Part shown: positions 9,295 to 19,547 of the stretch, piece by piece | How the letters are laid out: each line of letters begins with the position of its first letter | How positions within the stretch are numbered: position 1 is the first letter of the stretch | Origin: Phycisphaerae bacterium | Lineage (GTDB): Bacteria > Planctomycetota > Phycisphaerae > UBA1845 | DNA: 64,000 bases | NCBI GenBank assembly: GCA_029260215.1 | Contig: JAJDDQ010000078.1 | Location: forward strand, 1-64,000 | Direction: 5' to 3' | The notes under the pieces: model-generated | Told to the model about the DNA's origin: nothing | The model's database searches: none | The model's input: the letters and a program-made list of their open reading frames with translations, nothing else | Program-made: the position numbers and the translations under genes

Positions 9295-10560
9295 GTGACA
9301 GGCGAATCGAGCCGGACGAAAGACGTATTCTCACCCGTCGAACAGGCGTTTGAAGACCTGCGCGCCGGGAAGCTCATCATTCTCGTCGACGACGAGGATC
9401 GCGAGAACGAGGGTGATCTGGTGATGGCCGCCGAACTCGCAACGCCCAAAGCCGTCAACTTCATGCTGACTGACGCGCGCGGCGTACTGTGCGTTTCGCT
9501 GCCGGGCGAGCGGTGTGAACATCTCAACCTCTCGAAACAGGCCGCCGAGAACACCACGCGATTCGGAACAGCCTTCACGGTTACGGTCGATGCCCATTCC
9601 CGCTTCGGCGTGACGACCGGTGTGTCTGCCTCCGACCGTGCCAAGACCATCGAAACGCTCGTAGCCGCCGACACGCGCCCGACCGATTTGTCCCGACCCG
9701 GCCACGTAAACCCCCTGATGGCCGTCGAAGGCGGCGTGCTCGTCCGCGCGGGGCAGACGGAAGGCTCGCTCGATCTCTGTCGGCTGGCGGGGTTGAAGTC
9801 CGCGGCTGTCCTGATCGAGATCATGAACACCGACGGCACGATGGCTCGCGTGCCGCAGTTGACCGAATTCGCACGCACGCATCAGCTTAACATGTACACC
9901 GTCGCGTCGATCGTTGAATACCGCATGCAGCGCGAGACGTTTCTCAAGCGCGGCGAGACCATCAAACTGCCCACGCGCTTCGGGGAGTTTCTGCTGACGG
10001 AGTACCACTCGCCCGTTGACCCCGAGCCGCACCTCGCCATCTACTGCGGCGAGATAGGCAGACTCGATTCGCTGGGCAACCCCATCCCCGTGGACAGGCC
10101 CGTATTGATCCGCGTCGAATCGGAATGCATGACCGGGCACGTCTTCGGTTCCAGTCGTTGCGACTGCGGCCAACAACTCGCCAAAGCGATGCAACTCATT
10201 CAGGAAGAGGGTGAAGGCTCGATCGTCTACCTCCGGCAGGAGGGGCGTGGCATTGGTCTGCACAACAAGCTGCGTGCGTACCGTTTGCAGGATGAGGGTT
10301 TGGATACGGTCGAAGCCAACGAGAAGCTGGGCTTGCCCGTGGACCGTCGCGATTACGGCGTCGGTGCCCAGATTTGCCGTGACCTCGGCTTGCGGAGCAT
10401 TCGCGTGCTGACCAACAATCCCAAGAAGATCAATCGTTTGCAGGTCTATGGGCTGGACATCGCCGAGCAGTTGCCGCTGACCACACCGCCGAACGAGCAT
10501 AATCTGCACTACCTGCGCACAAAGAAAGAAAAGCTCGGACACTCACTCGACCAGGTTTGA
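9295..10560 (+). CDS. ribBA: bifunctional 3,4-dihydroxy-2-butanone-4-phosphate synthase / GTP cyclohydrolase II
   Basis: LIILVDDEDRENEGDLVMAAE is the DHBP synthase signature and RVESECMTGHVFGSSRCDCGQQ is the GTP cyclohydrolase II zinc site. GTG start is preceded by GGAGA. Confidence 0.9.
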   Translation: MTGESSRTKDVFSPVEQAFEDLRAGKLIILVDDEDRENEGDLVMAAELATPKAVNFMLTDARGVLCVSLPGERCEHLNLSKQAAENTTRFGTAFTVTVDAHSRFGVTTGVSASDRAKTIETLVAADTRPTDLSRPGHVNPLMAVEGGVLVRAGQTEGSLDLCRLAGLKSAAVLIEIMNTDGTMARVPQLTEFARTHQLNMYTVASIVEYRMQRETFLKRGETIKLPTRFGEFLLTEYHSPVDPEPHLAIYCGEIGRLDSLGNPIPVDRPVLIRVESECMTGHVFGSSRCDCGQQLAKAMQLIQEEGEGSIVYLRQEGRGIGLHNKLRAYRLQDEGLDTVEANEKLGLPVDRRDYGVGAQICRDLGLRSIRVLTNNPKKINRLQVYGLDIAEQLPLTTPPNEHNLHYLRTKKEKLGHSLDQV

Positions 10561-11630
10561 CTTCCGGGGGGCACACGGCTATGCAGCCCGCCGTCGCACG
10601 CATTCTGGACGCCAACGCCAACCGCGCCCGTGAAGCCCTTCGCGTCGTCGAAGAATTCGTTCGTTTCGACCTGGAAGACGCGCGACTCGTCGAACGAATC
10701 AAGACGCTGCGACATGAGTTGAGCACGCTTGTACGCTGGCCGTCGATGGCCCGATTGGCTGTCGCGCGCGACGCTGCCGGTGACGTTGGGCGGACGGTCG
10801 AGACCGAGTCCGAGTTCCATCGAGCCGATGCACGCGCCGTCGCGAGCGCGTCCATGAGTCGCGTGACTGAAGCGTTGCGGGCGTTGGAAGAATACAGCAA
10901 GCCGGTTGATGTCGATTTCGCCCGGGCGATCGAAGCACTGCGCTACCGCACCTACGACTTGGAAAAGGCCGTCAAAATTCGCTGGGACGCCCGTGACCGG
11001 CTGCACGCTTGTCGCCTTTGCGTGATTGTGACCGAATCACTCTGCCACAGTCATTGGCTCGACACCGCCCGGCGCGTGTTGGATGGCGGCGCGAACGCCG
11101 TGCAACTCCGCGAAAAAAAACTCACCGATCGCGCTTTGCTCGACCGGGCCACAACGCTTGCGGAATTGTGTCGTGATGCTGGTGCCTTGTTTTTCGTCAA
11201 CGATCGTGCGGACATCGCCCGGATGTCCGCCGCCGCCGGCCTGCATCTCGGGCAGAATGATGCCCCCCTCGCACGGGTCCGACGATTTCTGGGGACGGAA
11301 ACGCTCGTCGGAGTATCGACCCACACTGCCGATGAGGTGAAACGCGCCGCCGACGAAAACCCAAGTTATATCGCCGTAGGACCCGTTTTCCAATCAACCA
11401 CCAAGCCGCAGGATCACGTCGCGGGTGTCGCGACGGTCGCCGCCGCCCAGGCGACAACATCGCTGCCGATATGGGCCATCGGCGGCATCACACAGGGCAA
11501 CATTGGCGAAGTATTGGCCGCCGGTGCAACCTGCATCTGCGTCTGCTCAGCCGTCATCTCCCAGCCATCGCCCGAGCGTGCGGTCCAAGCCCTGCGCAAG
11601 CGTATGAACGAGACACCTTGCGGCACTTGA
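10557..11630 (+). CDS. thiE: thiamine-phosphate synthase with a ~150-aa N-terminal extension of unknown function
   Basis: The C-terminal 200 aa match ThiE (…AVQLREKKLTDRALLDRATTLAELCRDAGALFFVNDRADIA…IAVGPVFQSTTKP…IWAIGGI…). N-terminal region reads ILDANANRAREALRVVEEFVRF…. It overlaps the ribBA stop by 4 nt. Confidence 0.75.
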   Translation: MTSGGHTAMQPAVARILDANANRAREALRVVEEFVRFDLEDARLVERIKTLRHELSTLVRWPSMARLAVARDAAGDVGRTVETESEFHRADARAVASASMSRVTEALRALEEYSKPVDVDFARAIEALRYRTYDLEKAVKIRWDARDRLHACRLCVIVTESLCHSHWLDTARRVLDGGANAVQLREKKLTDRALLDRATTLAELCRDAGALFFVNDRADIARMSAAAGLHLGQNDAPLARVRRFLGTETLVGVSTHTADEVKRAADENPSYIAVGPVFQSTTKPQDHVAGVATVAAAQATTSLPIWAIGGITQGNIGEVLAAGATCICVCSAVISQPSPERAVQALRKRMNETPCGT

Positions 11631-11660
11631 CGACTGAGATTCGGTCGCGATGCTTGGCGC

Positions 11661-12344
11661 ATGCTGATGGACGCTTCTGAATCCCAATTGACTGACGCGC
11701 CTCCTGCGACGCTGTCGAATACGCCCGGTCCTGCTGGCAGATGGTGGTTCGGGGTTGGTGTGGGTGCGGTCGTTGTGCTGCCGTTTGCGTTTGTCCTGTC
11801 CTACCTGGCTTCTTTGCCGTTTATGCTCGGGATGTTCTTTTTTGCATTATTCGGCTTGGTGGTGGGGGCGGTGGCGTTTCGCGTTTCCGCACCGGCGAGG
11901 CCTGTGCCTCGGGCGTCGGTCGTGGCTGGCACGGCCATCATCGTCCTGGTTGGATGGTCGTTCTCGCTGGTGAAAGAGTCGCGTGACTTTCCCCACGACA
12001 TGGGTGACTACGTCGTCGATAACGTGCAGATGATTCCCGAGGGGATGGACGTGGCTTCGCTCAAGCAGGATGTCGTGCGTCACGTACGCCAACATTTCGA
12101 GGAGCATTACGGGAGTGCCGGCTTCCTTGGGTATGTGCAGTGGACGCTGACCGATGGAAGCCTCGACTATCCGGTTTCGATGATCAAGAATCCCATCGAA
12201 TTGCGCGCCGCGCAAGCGCGGGGCTGGTGGGCTGTGCGCGTTTTATTGTGCGGCGTGTTGCTTGCGTTTGGTGTGTATTCGCAACTGGCTCCGCTCGCAC
12301 GCCCGAGCGCGTTGCCGACGGGCGATCCAGAGACCCAGGCTTGA
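11661..12344 (+). CDS. hypothetical membrane protein
   Basis: Several hydrophobic helices are predicted and codon usage matches the neighbours. No recognisable motif. Confidence 0.45.
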   Translation: MLMDASESQLTDAPPATLSNTPGPAGRWWFGVGVGAVVVLPFAFVLSYLASLPFMLGMFFFALFGLVVGAVAFRVSAPARPVPRASVVAGTAIIVLVGWSFSLVKESRDFPHDMGDYVVDNVQMIPEGMDVASLKQDVVRHVRQHFEEHYGSAGFLGYVQWTLTDGSLDYPVSMIKNPIELRAAQARGWWAVRVLLCGVLLAFGVYSQLAPLARPSALPTGDPETQA

Positions 12345-12348
12345 ATAC

Positions 12349-12744
12349 ATGAGCAGCCAGACGCCCAAACTCACGGTTACGTCCTGCATCCTCGAAAGAG
12401 GCAATCGCGAGGTGCTCATCTGCCTGCCCAAAGGCGACGCAGACCCGCGTCAATGGGAATTCCCAACCGGTGAGAAGCAAGACGGCGAGTCGTTTGAAGC
12501 TGCGGTTCGCCGCGTCTGCCGCGCGTGTCTCGGCGTTGGGGTGGCCATCACCATCGGGCAGCCTCCGTTCGTGGCGGACTACCACGGGCGATTAGCCACC
12601 TACCGGTTTTTTCTCGCCACGATCGAATCCGGCGAGCCTGAACCGCTCGATTATGCAGAGATTCGCTGGATTCAGGCGGGGCAGCTCTGTGAGTATGACT
12701 ACAACGACGTCGTGAAGCCGGTCGTGGAATGGTACACGCAGTAG
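12349..12744 (+). CDS. NUDIX-fold hydrolase-like protein with a degenerate Nudix box
   Basis: GEKQDGESFEAAVRRVCRACLGV follows the G-x5-E-x7 spacing, but the REUxEE glutamates are replaced (RV…AC). The ATG at 12349 comes after the upstream stop, inside track ORF 12262..12744. Confidence 0.55.
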   Translation: MSSQTPKLTVTSCILERGNREVLICLPKGDADPRQWEFPTGEKQDGESFEAAVRRVCRACLGVGVAITIGQPPFVADYHGRLATYRFFLATIESGEPEPLDYAEIRWIQAGQLCEYDYNDVVKPVVEWYTQ

Positions 12745-12802
12745 TCGCGATTGCGACACAGCGTCACCGCCGGATTTCCTCGACGTGCGTGCAGTCGCCC
12801 GC

Positions 12803-14359
12803 TCATTCCCATTCGATGGTAGCCGGCGGTTTGCTGGATATGTCATACACCACACGGTTAATGCCGTGGACTTCGTTCATGATCCTGGTGGCGATGCGGC
12901 CCAGGACATCGTGATCGATGTGTACCCAGTCAGCCGTCATGAAATCCGTGGATTCGACGAACCGCAGGCACGCTACGTATTGATCGTGATAGCTGCGGTC
13001 GTCGCCCATCACGCCGACGGCCTGCACGGGCAACAGCACGACCAGGGCTTGGGCGATTTTGGGATACCAGTCGGCTGCGACGATTTCGTCGAGCATAATC
13101 TTGTCGGCCTGTCGCAACACAGCCAGTTTTTCCGGTGTGACAGCCCCGATCACGCGGACCGCCAATCCAGGCCCCGGGAACGGATGTCGCCACGCGATGT
13201 GGTACGGCAATCCCAACTGTTTTCCGAGCAGGCGCACTTCGTCTTTGAACAGTTCGCGTAACGGCTCGATCAGTTCAAACCCAAGTTCCGCCGGCAGCCC
13301 GCCGACGTTGTGGTGCAGTTTAATGTTCGCGGCTGTTCCGCCGACGCTGTGGCCTGACTCGATTACATCGGGGTAGAGCGTCCCTTGAGCGAGGTACTTC
13401 GCGTTTGGGATGCGCTTGGCTTCGTCTTTGAATACCGCGATGAATTCGTGGCCTATGATGCGTCGCTTTTCCTGCGGATCGGCAATTCCATCAAGCTTTG
13501 AAAGGAAGCGATCGGCTGCACGCGCCACGCGCAGATCGATCTTGAAATGGTCTTTGAATGTGGCTTCGACCAGCTCGACTTCACCTTGTCGCATTAAGCC
13601 ATTGTCAACAAAGATGCAGACAAGCCGGTCGCCGATGGCCCGATGCAGCAGGGCTGCGGTGACGGAACTGTCCACGCCGCCCGACAGTCCGCAGATGACG
13701 CGCTCGTCGTCCATGACCTGTTGACGCAAACGTTCGGTCGTGACGCGAAGGATGTCGCCCAATTGCCAATCGCCCTTGCACCGACACACGTCGAAAAGAA
13801 AGCTGCGAATAATCAGTGAGCCTTCCGGTGTGTGTGTGACCTCCGGGTGAAACTGCACGCCGAACACGGGCTTCGTGCGGTGGCGTACGACCGCAAACGG
13901 ACAGGTTTCCGTTTCCGCGAGCGACTCGAAATCCGCACCGAGTTCGTTCACGATGTCGCCGTGGCTCATCCAGACATCTGTCACGGGCGACAAGTGTCGA
14001 AGAATGCTCTCTTTGCGCATCACACTCAGCCGCGTTCGGCCATATTCGCGTGTGGATGTCGCGTTCACGCGACCACCGAGCGCCTCGCATGCGATTTGCA
14101 TCCCATAGCAGATGCCGAGGATGGGGACGCCCATATCGAGGACGGAAGGGTCGCATCGCGGGGCACCTTCGGCATACACGCTCGACGGGCCGCCGGACAA
14201 GATCAGCCCCACAACATTCTCGGCCCGCAGCGCATCGGCTGACACTTCAGGCCCGGTGATGATGCTGCGAACATTGTGTTCGCGGACACGCCGCGCGATG
14301 AGCTGTGTGTACTGACTGCCGAAATTCAGAACTGCGATGGTTTCGACCGGCTTGTTCAC
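12803..14359 (-). CDS. guaA: GMP synthase (glutamine-hydrolysing)
   Basis: The N-terminal GATase domain ([19 protein letters not shown]…) and the ATP-pyrophosphatase motif SGGVDSSV are present, with a conserved C-terminal dimerisation region. Confidence 0.92.
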   Translation of the reverse strand: MNKPVETIAVLNFGSQYTQLIARRVREHNVRSIITGPEVSADALRAENVVGLILSGGPSSVYAEGAPRCDPSVLDMGVPILGICYGMQIACEALGGRVNATSTREYGRTRLSVMRKESILRHLSPVTDVWMSHGDIVNELGADFESLAETETCPFAVVRHRTKPVFGVQFHPEVTHTPEGSLIIRSFLFDVCRCKGDWQLGDILRVTTERLRQQVMDDERVICGLSGGVDSSVTAALLHRAIGDRLVCIFVDNGLMRQGEVELVEATFKDHFKIDLRVARAADRFLSKLDGIADPQEKRRIIGHEFIAVFKDEAKRIPNAKYLAQGTLYPDVIESGHSVGGTAANIKLHHNVGGLPAELGFELIEPLRELFKDEVRLLGKQLGLPYHIAWRHPFPGPGLAVRVIGAVTPEKLAVLRQADKIMLDEIVAADWYPKIAQALVVLLPVQAVGVMGDDRSYHDQYVACLRFVESTDFMTADWVHIDHDVLGRIATRIMNEVHGINRVVYDISSKPPATIEWE

Positions 14360-14363
14360 TGAT

Positions 14364-15239
14364 TCACCAGGTTAATCGTAACAGAGGCCAACAGAATTCA
14401 TACGAATACGTCAAACCGACCTGCCACGCCGCGACAATTCCGCCAACGATAAGCGGAGCAATCGCGACGAATGTCGTCAGACGCCTGCGACCGGGAAGAG
14501 ACGACGTCTGGGCCAGCCGCAACATGAACAGCCACCACATCAACGCAGTCACCCCCATCATGGCGGCGGCGACGCGCAGCGGTGTTTCCCTCGGCGGCGA
14601 CAGAGGCCACCGAGCGACTTCCCACAAGTCGAAAAGCGGCACAGCGGCGAACACAACGGCTGCCAACCATACCCACAAATACCAAACACTCCCGTAGTGC
14701 AGCGCAGCCCCAAACCGCCCCTCGTCGCGTTGAGCGGGCGACAGTGATCGCCGCACGCCCGCACCGACTACCAACTCCATCAGAGCGACCATCGCCCAGG
14801 CAGCCATCACCAGCGGCACGATCGCGACAGCCATGCGAACAGGGTTGATCCACAGTGCGACGCATCCGAACTCGTTCGGCAGGTAGTCAGCCGACAGCAC
14901 CTGCGTCCACCCGCGCCCCTCGGGCGTCAATACGAGGTGGGATGCGTTGTCCGGCGTGCGCATCACGCGATGCCACCCAACGCCGACCAATGCGTACAAG
15001 ACAGCCGCAGCCACCAGAAGAACGCGATGCCGGCGGGCGAATGATCGTGACGCTTCGGACGGTCGCATCAATGTCAGGTGACGAAGACGATCCGCGCCGG
15101 CACGACGAATCCAACGACGCGTTTCACGAAGCACGCCGCGATCGCGTCGGGCCGCCTTCGCGTAGGGTGTCCCGTCGTCGCTGGTGACTGTGTCGAGCAC
15201 AATCGCCCCGCAACTCGGGCACTTACCCGAATCAGACAC
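14364..15239 (-). CDS. Zn-ribbon-containing membrane protein (member of the window-wide family); start uncertain
   Basis: The track start is GTG (…[13 protein letters not shown]). The in-frame upstream sequence, with no stop for 36 codons, encodes …[11 protein letters not shown]…, which completes a CPEC-x11-CPSC ribbon. There are multiple TM helices. Its stop lies 4 nt upstream of the guaA start. Confidence 0.5.
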   Translation of the reverse strand: MSDSGKCPSCGAIVLDTVTSDDGTPYAKAARRDRGVLRETRRWIRRAGADRLRHLTLMRPSEASRSFARRHRVLLVAAAVLYALVGVGWHRVMRTPDNASHLVLTPEGRGWTQVLSADYLPNEFGCVALWINPVRMAVAIVPLVMAAWAMVALMELVVGAGVRRSLSPAQRDEGRFGAALHYGSVWYLWVWLAAVVFAAVPLFDLWEVARWPLSPPRETPLRVAAAMMGVTALMWWLFMLRLAQTSSLPGRRRLTTFVAIAPLIVGGIVAAWQVGLTYSYEFCWPLLRLTW

Positions 15240-15352
15240 GATGTAAGGTTCGGCGCACTCCGGACACTGACGCGACGAATCTCCCTGCCGTGATTGGCTG
15301 GGCGATTCGCAGCCCGCAGGCGAACGGTCAATCTGGGCGAAGTCGCGATCGG

Positions 15353-15946
15353 CTATTCTTCAACCGCCTTCTCCGCAGCCTCATCAGCCGCGGGTTCCAT
15401 CGAGTTGTCCGCTGTCGCCGCATACGTTCCAGCCGGATGCGCGTCCGGCGGCATGGGGGCGTCCTGACACGGTTCCGCATCGTAGGCCGGCAACCACCTC
15501 CGTCGCGATTGCTGCTCGACGCCGTCACTGCACTGCACGTCACCGACATGATCGAACACCATGCTGAACGGCATCAGCACGAGATTCACAAAGAACCGTC
15601 CCGTGCCGTACCAAAAGTAGACGTAATCTTCCCCCCTCGTCTTGAAGCGGCCGTCGTTGCTGCCGTTCATTTCGTACGGATCTTCCATCCACAAAGGAGC
15701 GTGCGCGACCACGCCGGATTGAGCCCCGATGTGGTACTCCTCAAACTCCCGAGGCCAACGTACGGATTCCGCGGTCGACATCTGAGCACGATGCATGGAC
15801 GCCGTCGTAATCGTATCCGTTCCCGGCAGATCGTCGGTGAAGGTGTTGGGAAACTCGTGGCAACCGGCGCTCAGACACATCGCAATCGCCGGCAGCAACC
15901 CGCAGCCAACCGCAAGACTATTTTTCCGAAAGGTATTCAATCTCAT
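15353..15946 (-). CDS. hypothetical lipoprotein
   Basis: [29 protein letters not shown] is a signal peptide with a lipobox. It is in frame within track ORF 15353..15979 and overlaps the 3' end of guaB. Confidence 0.45.
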   Translation of the reverse strand: MRLNTFRKNSLAVGCGLLPAIAMCLSAGCHEFPNTFTDDLPGTDTITTASMHRAQMSTAESVRWPREFEEYHIGAQSGVVAHAPLWMEDPYEMNGSNDGRFKTRGEDYVYFWYGTGRFFVNLVLMPFSMVFDHVGDVQCSDGVEQQSRRRWLPAYDAEPCQDAPMPPDAHPAGTYAATADNSMEPAADEAAEKAVEE

Positions 15947-17417
15947 AATTCGGAGACTCTTTCGTAATGGAGACATCATGCGGGTGCGATTCCAGCAGCC
16001 CCGCGTGCGTTACCCGACAAAATACCGCGTTCTCGCGTAGGGCGTCAATCGTGATTGCACCACAATAACCCATGCCCGATTTCAGGCCGCCGACAAGTTG
16101 ATACACAAAGTCCGAAAGCGGGCCTCGGAACGGCACGCGACCTTCAACGCCCTCGGGAACGAACTTGCCGTTGCCAACGCGATCCGCCTGACTGTAGCGG
16201 TCGGCCGACCCTTTGGCCATCGCCCCCAGCGAACCCATCCCACGGTATTCCTTGAAGCGCCGGCCCTTCCACGTCACCTGCTCGCCGGGCGATTCCTCCA
16301 GCCCCGCGAACAGCGATCCGAGCATCACGCAATGGGCACCGGCAGCCAGCGCCTTGGGAATGTCGCCCGATCGCCGGATGCCCCCGTCGGAAATCACCGG
16401 CACGCCCGCATCATGAGCCACCGCGGAAACTTCCATAATGGCGGTCAATTGCGGCACGCCGACGCCGGCAACGACGCGCGTGGTGCAGATGCTGCCCGGA
16501 CCGATCCCGACCTTCAAAGCGTCCGCACCGGCATCGATCAGATCGGCGGCGGCTTGGCGCGTCGCGATGTTGCCCGCGATAACACCAACCTCATATCGCG
16601 AACGAATCTCACGCACGGTGTTGATGACATTGTCACTGTGGCCGTGGGCGGTATCGACGACCACCACATCGACCCCTTCGGCAATCAGCGATTCGATGCG
16701 TTCGAAATCAAACACGCCGACCGCTGCCCCGACGCGAAGCCGACCGCGTTCATCCTTGCAACTCTGCTGGAAGTCGCGACTTCGTTCGATATCGCGCATG
16801 GTAATCAAACCCGCCAGCCGCCCGTCCTCGTTGACCAGAAGCAGTTTTTCGACCTTGGCTTTGTTGAGAATGCGATCCGCTTCGGGCAGCGTCGTGTTCG
16901 GCGGGGCGGTCACCAGATTAGCAGCGGTCATGACTTCCGCGTTCGTTTGGCCGGCGGACTCGAGAAACTTCAGATCGCGTCGCGTGATGATGCCCCGCAG
17001 CGTACCGTCCTCCTCGGTAATGGGCACGCCGGAGACATTCTGACGCTGCATCAGTTGCTGCGTCTTTTCGACAGAGTCAGCCGGTCGAAGCGTGAACGGG
17101 TCGGTGATAACGCCGCTCTCGCTGCGCTTCACCTTATGAACCTCCCGACACTGATCCTCGATCGAGAGATTCTTGTGAATAATGCCCATGCCGCCCTCCT
17201 GAGCCAACACGATGGCCAAGGCGGATTCGGTCACGGTGTCCATCGGAGCCGAAATCAGTGGTATGTTCAGCCGGATGTCCCGCGTGAGTTGCGTAGCCAC
17301 ATCGATCTTATCGGGGACAGCCGACGACCGCTGCGGAACGAGCAGCACATCGTCAAACGTCAGCGCGAGTGGGATAAAGCGGTACGGATCGTTGGGGGGT
17401 GTGGGCATTGGCAGCAT
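15918..17417 (-). CDS. guaB: IMP dehydrogenase
   Basis: A TIM-barrel IMPDH with an inserted CBS pair. Catalytic loop GSICTT and [28 protein letters not shown] are present. Confidence 0.92.
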   Translation of the reverse strand: MLPMPTPPNDPYRFIPLALTFDDVLLVPQRSSAVPDKIDVATQLTRDIRLNIPLISAPMDTVTESALAIVLAQEGGMGIIHKNLSIEDQCREVHKVKRSESGVITDPFTLRPADSVEKTQQLMQRQNVSGVPITEEDGTLRGIITRRDLKFLESAGQTNAEVMTAANLVTAPPNTTLPEADRILNKAKVEKLLLVNEDGRLAGLITMRDIERSRDFQQSCKDERGRLRVGAAVGVFDFERIESLIAEGVDVVVVDTAHGHSDNVINTVREIRSRYEVGVIAGNIATRQAAADLIDAGADALKVGIGPGSICTTRVVAGVGVPQLTAIMEVSAVAHDAGVPVISDGGIRRSGDIPKALAAGAHCVMLGSLFAGLEESPGEQVTWKGRRFKEYRGMGSLGAMAKGSADRYSQADRVGNGKFVPEGVEGRVPFRGPLSDFVYQLVGGLKSGMGYCGAITIDALRENAVFCRVTHAGLLESHPHDVSITKESPNYEIEYLSEK

Positions 17418-17493
17418 TTCCTTTCAGCTAATGCCCCATATTGACTACCGCGCAAAGCCCCGCCCGTCAACCGCGACCATTCAACCACCCAAT

Positions 17494-17628
17494 GGGTGCA
17501 TCTCATTCTGGGTGGCACGGTCTGGCGTAGCCAGGCCGTGGCGGTCCGCAACTCCCACGGCCTACCGGCTGCGCCGTTAGACCGTGCCACCCTGCACTAC
17601 GAATGGCCATCCGTTTTCGGATGCACCC
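17494..17628. repeat. nested imperfect palindrome (~135 nt) in the divergent guaB/kef intergenic region
   Basis: Three inverted-repeat pairs are nested: GGGTGCATC (17494-17502) with GATGCACCC (17620-17628); GGGTGGCACGGTC (17510-17522) with GACCGTGCCACCC (17580-17592); and inner AGGCCGTGG with CCACGGCCT. Confidence 0.5.
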
Positions 17629-17775
17629 ATTCTTCAAGAAACAGCGATATTGTCCGGGACAGGAGGGCCGGATAGCCTGCGGTGACATGGTTAATACCTG
17701 CAAGTTCGATCCGCGGGCCAAAATCACGCAAGTCGTAGCGATGGTGCCAGGTGTCGACATTTATCGGTTGTTTTC

Positions 17776-19449
17776 ATGAACCTTTGGGCGGCACTTCTCG
17801 ATGTATTGATCCTGTTGTTGGCGGCATTGCTGCTCGGAGCGTTGGCCGAGCGACTCAAACAAAGCGCGATCCTCGGCTATCTGCTCGCCGGCACACTGCT
17901 GGGGCCAAACGCACTCGATCTGATGCCGAGTCACAAAGCGCTAACCACCATCGCGGAACTCGGCGTGGCTTTGTTGTTGTTTACGATCGGGCTGGAATTT
18001 TCCTGGCGACGGCTGCGCACCATCGGGCCGATCGCTCTTGGCGGGGGAACTGTTCAGGTATTGTTGACCATCGCTCTGGCGGCTGGGGCATGCATGGCTT
18101 TGGGCGTCAGCGGGCGTTCATCGCTGGCCATCGGCGCCGTGGTAGCGCTCAGCAGTACCGCTTGCGTGTTGCGTCTCCTGGTAAGTCGCGCGGAAATCGA
18201 CGGTATCTACGGTCGCAATGCGCTGGGCATTCTGCTCTTGCAAGACATCGCGGTCGTGCCGCTCGTGCTCGTCGTGACAGCTTTGGGCGGCGAGGGTCCG
18301 ACGACGACGGCTCAAATTGCGTGGGATTTGGGCCGGGCGGCCGGCGTGGCGGGGTTGCTGGTCGCAGCGCTCTTCCTCTTGCTCAACTACATCGTGCCGC
18401 TGCTGTTGCGCGCCAAAGAAGCGGCACAGAATCGGGATCTGCCCATTCTGCTTGCGATGGTCACAGCCGTGGGGGCGGCTTGGGTGTCCCACAAGCTGGG
18501 TCTCTCGCCGGTATTCGGAGCGTTCATCGCCGGCTTGCTCCTGGCTGAGTCACCCTTCGCCACGCAAATTCGAGCCGACGTCGCCTCTTTGCGAACGCTA
18601 TTCGTGACTTTGTTCTTCAGTTCGATCGGCATGCTGGGCAATCCGGCGTGGGTGCTGGAAAACTGGACGCTGGTCGCGGCTGTCGTGGCCGCCATCGTGT
18701 TCGGAAAGGCCATTGTGATTTCCGGCATCGCGCGCATTTTTCGATCCTCGCCCAGCCATGCAGTGGCCACCGGTGTTTGCCTGGCTCAGGTGGGCGAGTT
18801 TTCGTTTGTGCTCGCCGAGGTAGCGCGACATGGCCGATTGATCGACAGTGAATTGTTCGAACTGATCGTCGCGGCGACAATTACCACACTGTTTCTGACG
18901 CCGTATCTGGTGGCGCTCGCGCCGCATCTTGTAAACGCCGTGGGCAGGCTCTCAAGGGATGGAGCTCGGGCGTTGCATGAAGAGGAAGCGTCACGCGCGG
19001 CCACCGAGAAACTGGTCGGGCACATCGTGATTGTGGGCTTTGGCCCGGCAGGCCAGGCTGTCGCCAACGCGCTCAAAGAAGATGAACGGACAACCGTCGT
19101 GGTTGTCGAGTTGAGCGTAACGTCAGCGGCTGCGGCACAAGCCGTCGGTCTTCGCACGTACATCGGCGACGCCACCCGCGCAGAAATGTTGGAGCAAGCG
19201 CGCGTCGCAACGGCGGCGGCAGTCGTGGTAACGGTCCCGGACCCAGCCACAGCGCGGCACGTCATCGAGCAGGTTCGCTCGCGGTCGCCGCAGACACCTG
19301 TCATCGCCCGGGCACGGTACCATCGGTACTATGCGGATCTGGTGCAGGCCGGCGCGATCACGGTTATTGACGAGGAGCGAGCGGTCGGCTTCCATCTCGC
19401 GTCCACGGTGCATGACAAGCTCCATCCTGCTCAACCCGACGCTCGGTAA
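17776..19449 (+). CDS. monovalent cation:proton antiporter (CPA2, KefB/KefC-like) with C-terminal RCK/TrkA-N domain
   Basis: About 12 TM helices form a Na_H_Exchanger-type N-terminal core. C-terminal Rossmann motif is HIVIVGFGPAGQAVANAL. Confidence 0.85.
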   Translation: MNLWAALLDVLILLLAALLLGALAERLKQSAILGYLLAGTLLGPNALDLMPSHKALTTIAELGVALLLFTIGLEFSWRRLRTIGPIALGGGTVQVLLTIALAAGACMALGVSGRSSLAIGAVVALSSTACVLRLLVSRAEIDGIYGRNALGILLLQDIAVVPLVLVVTALGGEGPTTTAQIAWDLGRAAGVAGLLVAALFLLLNYIVPLLLRAKEAAQNRDLPILLAMVTAVGAAWVSHKLGLSPVFGAFIAGLLLAESPFATQIRADVASLRTLFVTLFFSSIGMLGNPAWVLENWTLVAAVVAAIVFGKAIVISGIARIFRSSPSHAVATGVCLAQVGEFSFVLAEVARHGRLIDSELFELIVAATITTLFLTPYLVALAPHLVNAVGRLSRDGARALHEEEASRAATEKLVGHIVIVGFGPAGQAVANALKEDERTTVVVVELSVTSAAAAQAVGLRTYIGDATRAEMLEQARVATAAAVVVTVPDPATARHVIEQVRSRSPQTPVIARARYHRYYADLVQAGAITVIDEERAVGFHLASTVHDKLHPAQPDAR

Positions 19450-19547
19450 GACGTGGACTGCGGTGAAATTCCACGGGGTCAACCGGAGGACATGCAATCT
19501 GCCCCACGGGGGTGCATGACATTTCCGGCAGGTCGCGTTCGCAGCCG

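Noticed and set aside
15290-15967. 225-aa plus-strand ORF opposite the lipoprotein gene.
   Set aside because: It is an Arg-rich, low-complexity antisense frame. The minus-strand frame has a lipoprotein signal peptide and is contiguous with the gua operon.
17418-17775. Purine riboswitch in the guaB leader.
   Set aside because: No match to the purine-riboswitch core (U/A-rich junction, CCGUAAAU-like loop). The element present is a nested palindrome and is reported separately.
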